A stretch of DNA of 64,000 nt from Lytechinus pictus (lineage: Eukaryota), in NCBI RefSeq assembly GCF_037042905.1, contig NC_087250.1, forward strand, positions 20,338,001-20,402,000, given 5' to 3'. This document shows positions 40,101 through 49,100 of this stretch, one piece after another. Both the position numbers and the translations under genes were made by a program. The notes beneath the pieces are model-generated. The model saw only the letters and a program-made list of their open reading frames with translations. It did not search any database and was not told the DNA's origin. Numbering within the stretch: position 1 is the stretch's first letter; every line of letters begins with the position of its first letter.

Positions 40101-43100
40101 CGTAAAGTTCCGAGCCGGACAATGCCAACTTGGCAGGATCCAGTCCGGTAAACAATCCAAGCTACAGGACTAATTTGTTCAATATGATCTTCCCCTTGCA
40201 GAACTACCTACCCAATGGCTATCACTACCGAGTGTGGCTCTTCGAAGCATCGGAAGATAATCCAGAGAATTTCAAGGCCATCATATGGATGAAGGTTTCA
40301 ACGCAGGAGGAGGCCGAGGCATGGTTCAAGTCTTTGATGGGAAAATCACCCGTCACATGGAGGGTCAGAAAGACGTACCCAAATTTCCAAAAAGTTCCGG
40401 AGTTCAGGAGGAGAAATGCATTCAGGGTATGACTTTTAAAAAATTTAATTGCGGTGTGGTACCTCTCTACAGCAGCCAACTACCTATCAATAGTGAACAC
40501 TTGCTGACTCTCATGGAGACATATTCTATGAATGAGAGCCTGTTTATACATGTAGCAGCCAACACCAAAGCCATATTTGGGTGATCATGTGAAATATTAA
40601 GAGTCAAAAAGAACTGCTGGGCAATTTCATGGAACACATCTTTTTTAGCTAATTTATAAAACAGTGAAATCTGTATTCTATGGCCCGTATTCTGAAGTCG
40701 GGTTTAACTTAGATCATGGTCTAACTCAGTGCTAAAATTATGGCAAGCCGAAATGTCAAAACTTTTAATGACATTGTTTATTTCTTATGATTATTGTGCT
40801 CTTTCTTAACTCGTGAATGGTGAAGAAAGCTATCTTATTTATCCTCTCGAAACAGTTTAGAATTATTTGAGAGAAAGTGAGCTGATATACATGTATTGAA
40901 GTAACACTGTTATAGATTTATGCCACTATTGGCTATCCATAGTTAAACCACAATATTAAACCCGACTTCAGAATACGGACCATATGAGTCGTCTGAGGGG
41001 AAACACAAAGGTGGCATTTATTATTGACCGGTGGCTGCTGTAGACAGGATACACCACAGGGAGTGGAGATGGTGCACATTATGCGTGGAACACCAATGAT
41101 GTAATAATTACATTCAATCAAGCACTTGGACTCGCAAAGTATGAAGCGCTCTATCATTGTATTGTGCTTCCATGGTAATCTGTAAATATACATACAGTGA
41201 TCTTCATTCTGCTTTGATAGATAACCGCGCAAATTATATTTCATGAGGAATTCAGTTTACCTGTACATTATACAAATATACCAGGCTTTGAGTAAGTATA
41301 GCGGGAATTATCATCCGAGGTTGGACTGGCATTAGTATTTTTTCCCGACAAAGCCCAGAGGGAAAAATAGTGATTTTGCCAGTACAACCGAGGATGATTA
41401 ATTCCCTCAATACTTTCGAAATAAAAGCCTGGTATATTTGTTTTATATCCTACTTTGATAAGTTAGAGCAATAGATCTTGATAAGCTAGTTCTTGTACTC
41501 TTAGTTCATCCTTTTTTTAATCTGAACCAATCCAGCCACGCTGACTGACCTACTTTTTCTGAAGTGCTTTATACCTACGCGCTCAGTGCGCGGAACGTGT
41601 ATTAGTGATTGCGCCATCATGATCTGTGACGTCAATGATGGAATAGTCGACTATTCCATCATTGACATCACAGAATAGCACATTTTCTTCGGTGGGCGTT
41701 CAATTTTCGACATCATCGCAAAATAATGAGAATATGTCTGATCACATGATACTGTTTAAACCAATCAGCATACAGGATTTAATTTATGTAGGATGTAAAA
41801 AAAACTATTTAAAAAACATGTAAGAAGCAAAGTAGAGTGCAGTCACTGCACTGTAAATTAAAATGGAGGTATTCCTATCATTACATTTATCTTTATACAG
41901 GTGGATTATGGATGCCATCATAATACTCGTCCAGCCAAAAAGGAACAGGTTCGAAAGTCCTCAAAGCACACTTCGTGTGAGGCCCGGGTCTACCTGGTCG
42001 TGAAGCGGCAAAGGGACAAGAGCGGTAGATGGAAGTAAGTATTATCATAAAGAGCCTTCGCTTTGCAAGACAGACGCTTCTATGAAAATATAACTAACGA
42101 TTGAACCGTCTGCATTTGCATAATGTATGGGGAGCCTTCCTGGGGGCCGTTTCATAAAGCTGTTCGTAAGTTAAGAGCGACTTTAAGAACGACTGGTGAT
42201 CCTTTCTTACGCACTAAACCGTCGCCAATGAATATACCATTTACCACAAGAAATGATCACCAGTCGTTCTTAAAGTCGCTCTTAACTTACGAACAGATAT
42301 ATGAAACACCTTCCAGGTATTTTTTTTTCAATTTGCTGCACTCAACCCAGGTGAGGTGAATGGGTCCCCGGCGGGATTAAATCCCTGCATGCACTGAGCA
42401 CTGGTGATGATTAGCTCGAGCTAAAGCCGGGGTAATGATTGCAATTTTTTAGTATCCACAGGTAAAAAGCACTGTATAACCCAGCTATTATTATTATTGA
42501 TTTTCAGGGGCTACTTTTCACAACTTTCTGCCTAATTCTGCAAAATTGGATAAGCATTACTTTTGTGTATGAGTATTCTGACTCTAATACACATTTGAAC
42601 TCTGTCTTGATCTCTACTCAGTAACTAGGCATGACCATTGGCGGCGGAAGCCAACAATTTTAGGGGGGACCACCACACAATTTTTTGACAAGCAAAAAAA
42701 AAAAAGGTTAGCAACCACAAATTATAGGGGGGACGCAGGAAAAAAATTGACAAGCAAAAAAAAAAAAAATTACCAACAAAAAATTTATGGGGGGATAGTC
42801 CCCCCCCCCCCCACCTCAAATTTAGGGGGGGGGGGACACGTCCCCCCGCTTCCGCCGCCTATGGGCATGACTGCTTGGGTTGGAGTCACAATCACAACTG
42901 ACTGTATTCTCCATACTAAACCACAATATATCATACTCTGTACATAGTTACATGTACATAATATTCTGAGGAGGGCATAGTGATAAGGGAAGTATAAACA
43001 GATGGGCCCGTATTCTGAACTCAGGTTTAACTTAGACCATTGTCTAACTCTGTTAAAATTATGGGAAGCCAAAAGTGTCAAAATTTTTATTAAGTTGTAT

Positions 43101-46100
43101 GTTTCTTATATTTACTGTGCTCTTTCCTGATTCTTCAATGGTGAAGACAATCATCTATTTATACTTCCTAGACAATTATGAATGATTTGAGAGTCAAATG
43201 AGCTGAAATATGATATCTCTACCGTTAGTGATTTATGTAACAATTGGCTATCCATATTTAAACCACAACTTTAAACCTGAGTTTCAGTTAAACCTGACTT
43301 CTGAATATGGGCCATGGAGTTGAACAAGGGGTTGTTCATGGTGGGGGTGATACAACATGGTCAATATTACACAACTGGTCTGGGGGTGGAGACATGATGA
43401 AAGAGAGCTTATGAACAGTGATGGAAACAATAGTAAGCCATGAGTTAATAGCATAGAATGAGAGGATGGATTGATGAAGAATAAAATGTGTGTGTGAACG
43501 CAATAGTTACCATTACAATGAATGGGGATTTCTATGGCTCTTTTTTTTTCAGTTCAATTCAACTTTATTCAATTCCAATATCTAAAACATTTTACAACAC
43601 ATCATGCAATTCAAGATGAAATAAAGTACAGTACTGTAATTCAATAGTATACATATTGTCATAGAAAGAGTATTGAAATTGGGTATAGCTCTATAAAAAA
43701 AGCCTAAAGGTCTTGTCAAGACAGCTCCCTTAATAACATAAGATTTGATCAATTAATAAAAGCGGAGAACAAATTCAGTGAATATTCGGTAAGTAAAAAT
43801 GAATTGCGTCTTGCACCAAGTCAAACCCCAGAACAAACATACATGTAAAGGGTAGGAGAGAATGAAAAGCAGAGGGGGGGACTGAGAGTTGAAAGAAGAC
43901 AAAAATCATTTGAAATTCAACGAGAGTCACGTTTGATCAAATATAGCTTTACATTGTGCTTAAATCTGTTATAAAATGAAATTGAGGTTATACATGTAGG
44001 GAGTGAATTCCAGATTGAAGGAGCATGATGCCTACATGAATAAAAAGCAAATTCTGTATTCACATTCCATCTGTGGTATTGATTCCTATTTCTAGTATTA
44101 TAAGTATGAATTAAACTGTTCTTTACAATTGACCAGCTTTGGGATAGCAAAAAAAAAGAGATTTTAAAGAGCAATTATGAATGTTATTCTGGTGTTTGAG
44201 CATTTAGCGGGCTAAATCACATCCAGCCCCTGTATAATTTGTTTTCCCTGGAGCCCTCGGTCCTCCACATCTGGTTTTCAGAATAAGCTGATTTTTTGCT
44301 GAAAACAGCAACAGGACCGTATATTTTACATCAACACAAGTTTGTTTTTGTTGTTTCCCATGAAATGTTGATATCAAAGGCTTTTCCATGAGCACTTTTT
44401 TGTAGTAGTATTATTGACACCAGAATAATGTTCATAATTGCTCTTTAAAATCATTTTTTTGTTGTTGCTATCCCAAAGCCGGTCAATAGATCCCCATATC
44501 CGTTGTGGCTACCTAACGAAATGCACCATATACAACATTCATAACCACTCCATCCGGAGCGCCGAGGCAATGCGAAGACGTGATGTGTCGGAAGACACCA
44601 GGGCCAGGCTCCTGCAGCTCTATGAGGATGGCTACAAACCTATTGGAGCTCTTGAAGCCCTCAAGAGAAGTCTCCAGGAAGATTATGGGTCAGACTACGC
44701 AGAGAAGTCGGCGGACAGGTCGCTTTGTCCGGACATCCAATACTGCTATAGGTAGGATTATCAGGTTATTTTTAAATTTGGTGTTGGTGTTTTTACAAGC
44801 ATAATTAATTATACGTCAAGGATGTAGTCGAGGCAACACTTTTTAGGCCTTGGCCTTGGCCTCTGCCAGAGTAACGAGTACAAAATCTATGGAAGAAGGC
44901 TGTCTCTAGCTGAATTGTGACTCGGAATTGCTGGCCTTCTTCATTATGACAGGCTAGTTTACCAGCATTCATCAAGGGTCTGATGTTGTAAGAGAGTTGC
45001 AGTAGCAATTAATATCTACAGAAATCCTTTTCAAGTGATTGGCTGGTAGTAAATATAAGAGCATTTATATTGCAGTTTAGTAATGTAATCTACTGCACAT
45101 AACGTTTTGGGGTATTAAGAATTCCTGGTGCGTGATTATGGGTTTAACAAATGTTTTGTTTCTTTTCAGGTTGTACTACTCCATTTACAAGCCAGACTGC
45201 CATCAAAGGATACGAAAAAGTCTTCTAGATGCGATAAAATCAAAGCTAGAACTCAATGACGTAAACAACAACCTTCACAAGATGGCCACCACGAAAGAAG
45301 GTCACACCGTTATCGCAATTTGCTCGGGTTCCATGAGGCGGACACATGAATTCTGGCCAACCAGCAAGGAGCTATGCTATCTTGATACGAGGGTAGGTCT
45401 TGAGAGACAGAACTGGAAGGTCACTTTCCTCCTGACCCCGAGTCCCGTAGGAGAACTTCCCCTTGGGATTCTTCTTGCATCCTCAGGCACTCCAGAGACT
45501 CTCACCCTAGGTCTCCAGCTGCTGCACAAGCTCTTGCCCCAGTTCTCGTTCTTCGAGCGTGGGCACAGTGGACCAAGCACGGTGATAACCAGAGACGACG
45601 CTGACGAGATGCTGGCCCTGCACGAAGTCTACCCAATGGCAGAACTGCTCATAAATCCCCATGCTGTCGTCCGAACCGCAAAGGACTGGCTGTGGGATCC
45701 TGGAAACAGGATCGGGAAGGTTGATCGGGTAGAGCTTCTGCGACACCTCAAGGCTGTCGTTGATGCGAGGACACCCGACGAGCTGAACTTCCTGTATGAC
45801 CTCGCGAAGCAGGATGCAGAGAATCGTGCGTACAAGGAGTACGTTGATTATCTGGGAGAGCTTTATGAGCGAAGGGAGATGTGGTCTGTGGCACTCCATA
45901 GAATTCCTGCTTTGTTTGAAAACCAAGTCTTACCATCAGTCAAGGTCAGTCAATAACTGTGTTTCTCTTTGATACATATCAACAGGTGTGTAGAGGTGTT
46001 GTGGCTCCAGATATTTCTCAGGACTTTGAACCACAAGGTCATTTGTATGAACCCCACCACAGCTCTCGCATCCTTTGGCAAGGCGTTTGTCCATATTTGC

Positions 46101-49100
46101 CTCTTTCCATCCTGGGTCCCGTTGCATAAAAGTTACTATGATAACTTTGCCATCGAATTGTAACTTCCATGGAATCCTAGATTTTGGTTGGTTGTTGAGC
46201 ATCGTTACCATGGTAGTTTACATTGGATGGCAAAGGTAAACACCCCCCTCAACATGTTTTGTCACTACGCCGTCGCACAAATTTTTTTGACTGCGCCGCT
46301 CACTGAATTTTTACTTTCAAGTCTTTCGCATCTTTTGAGACCCCGGGTACGCGGTTCCAAAATTATGCAAAGTTTTGTAAGTGCATGTCAGACCAGAAAT
46401 TGCTCAAAAACGTGATTCCGTGTACAACGCAAATTGTGTTTTTCAACCAAACATCATAAATGTATGATTATTTTTACTATTGTTGGTTTAACTGGATTAA
46501 TTTTATGCTATTTATGATCGCAAAAGGGTCCTTGACAAAGTTCATCGGGAAAAACAAAGAAATACATAAGAATTTAAAAAACAATAAAATACATAAGAAA
46601 TTAATTATATTTTTGCTATTGTTTTGTAGATATTGTTAATGTAATAATTGATACTCCCACCAAAAATTAGCATTCTACTAGCTATATAAATTGAGTTAAA
46701 GGCAAATACATGTACCTACACAAAAAAACAAATTTATGGTAAATTTCATATGCTTATTTGCATAATTAATTAATAAAAATATTTTTTGAAAATTTTACTA
46801 TACACTCTTGTAGTTTGAATCCGGCCTACGCGCTTGCAAATTTTTGCAGCGATTGCGCAATCAGCGGCCGAGATCTGAGGGGGGGGGGGGCAAATTGACC
46901 ACCCCCCCCCCCCCCCCCCCCCAGTATATACTGGTCTGAAATAGCTCAGTTAAGGGTTATTTCGAACAATAAAATGTGGATTTTCATGTTGATGAATTTT
47001 ATTGTTTGTTTTAGTTTTTGTTGATCAGTTTTGACAAGTTACACATCTTTTAAAAGCTTAGGATGTTCTTTTTCAAGCTCATGAAAACTATCAAATTTCG
47101 TTTTTGGGTGAATTATTGTTGCTTTAAAGAGAAATGCCAGTAGTTGCAGTAAACACTGATTTCATGAGAAAGTCTGTAAACCAGGCTTAATTGTCAGTAT
47201 ATCATCGAGGATCTAGATCTGGTACAGTTACATAAACTGAACTTTGTGAAATCTTGAAATTTATGCTGAAAAATGTTCACACTGAAGATCACCAACACAG
47301 ATAAGCGCACGTGGGACAGTGTATTATTATTGCCTTGAATGTCGGCCCGACGCTTGACCCGAATCCTGTGCTTATTTGCTGATTTCTCAGCAATTACACA
47401 ATTTCTTCCAGAATTCTTTGGCACATATGTTTTATTTATACAAACAGACACTTTGGTGGTCATTTCATTGGATTCTGTACGAACTCATTTTGATATCGTT
47501 ACCACAACTAGCATTTACCTTTAAATATGGCTTGTCACTGTTTTAAATCAAGAAGGCAAATAACAAATTCTCTTGATTTTTCTTGAATACACAGGTGCCA
47601 TTGGATAAGATGCTGAAGAAGGCCAAGGGGTATTCAGTTCTGATGCTTATTGATGACTTGCTTCATAATTTATGTTCTTACTACGTGCGAAAGCTGATCG
47701 ATGCTGGGAATAATCGACTGGAACGAGTGATCTTTCCATGGAACCCTAAGGAGTCCCAAGGCACAGAAACAATTGTGAATAAGGTGATTTGATGCCTTTA
47801 AATTTCTTATTCTGACCAGGGGCGGTATTATGAGAACCATTTTATCTCAGATGAAATAGAATATTTTATCTTCGTTAAAATCAGTGAGATACGCTTAAAA
47901 TCTTTCCTAATTGGTATTCTGAGAACAATTTTATCTTCCTTTTATCTCTGTAAAAAAAAAAGACACCTATTTTTTTAATCAATATCCATTTAGAAATGCG
48001 CTTTTATAGCTCTCTCATATCACTCAACCAATGGAAATCCATTTCACCAGGAGGTGTGGCAAAGGAGTGAGATTGTGTCAATTTATTGACTTAAAATACG
48101 CTTGCACTATCTGAGAGATAAAATGTCATCTCAGAATACCAGTTTCATTTTAAGAGATAAGATGAAATATTTTAAAGATAAAATGACATCTATTCAGAAG
48201 ACTGCCCCTGGGCCCTGTAACACAGATGATAGTGATTAATCACTTATTTGAAAGAACACTAGTTCCCAATTAATCGCTAAACTTTGTTCTATGGGGCCCT
48301 GGATCCAGTTGGGGAGGAAGACTTTCGAGTAATTAAGGTACCCTTCTCTATACCTAGGTAGCCTCTCCAACTCTCATTCAGGTCTGTGGTATCAGATTTG
48401 TAATGTCATTGAATAACAATAATCCATGCACTCTGGCACGGTCACATGAATTTCATCTAGGGAGTCTTACAAAGATTTAAGTATGAGTTGCACTTAAAGG
48501 ACAAGTCCACCCTAACAAAAAGTTGATTTGAATAAAAAGAGAAAAATCCAACAAGCATAACACTGGAAATTTCATCAAAATCGGATGTAAAATAGGAAAG
48601 TTATGTTATTTTAAAGTTTTGCTTCATTTCACAAAACAGTTATATGCACATCCTGGTGGGTATACAAATGAGGAGACTGATGACGTCATCCACTCACTAT
48701 CTCTTTTGTATTTTGTTATATGAAATAGGGAATATTCTATTTTTCTCCTCATTGTCGAGTGAAACAACAATTAATTCCTCCCTGAACATATGGAATAAGC
48801 ATTGTTTTATACTATATGATTCTATCAAGTTGGCCCTTATTGTCAAATCTATAAAATATTGTATAATTCAAACAATAAAAAACAAAAGAAATAGTGAGGG
48901 ACATCATCGACTTTCTCATTTGAGTTGTGCATATCACTGTTTTGTGAAAAATAAGCAAAACTTTAAAGTGTTGTAACTTCCTTATTTTACATCCGATTTT
49001 GATGAAATTTTCAGCGTTTTTTATGTTTCTCTATTTATTCAAATTAACATTTTTCTGGGGTGGACTTGACCTTTAAATGCCGACGCATACATGATATGCA

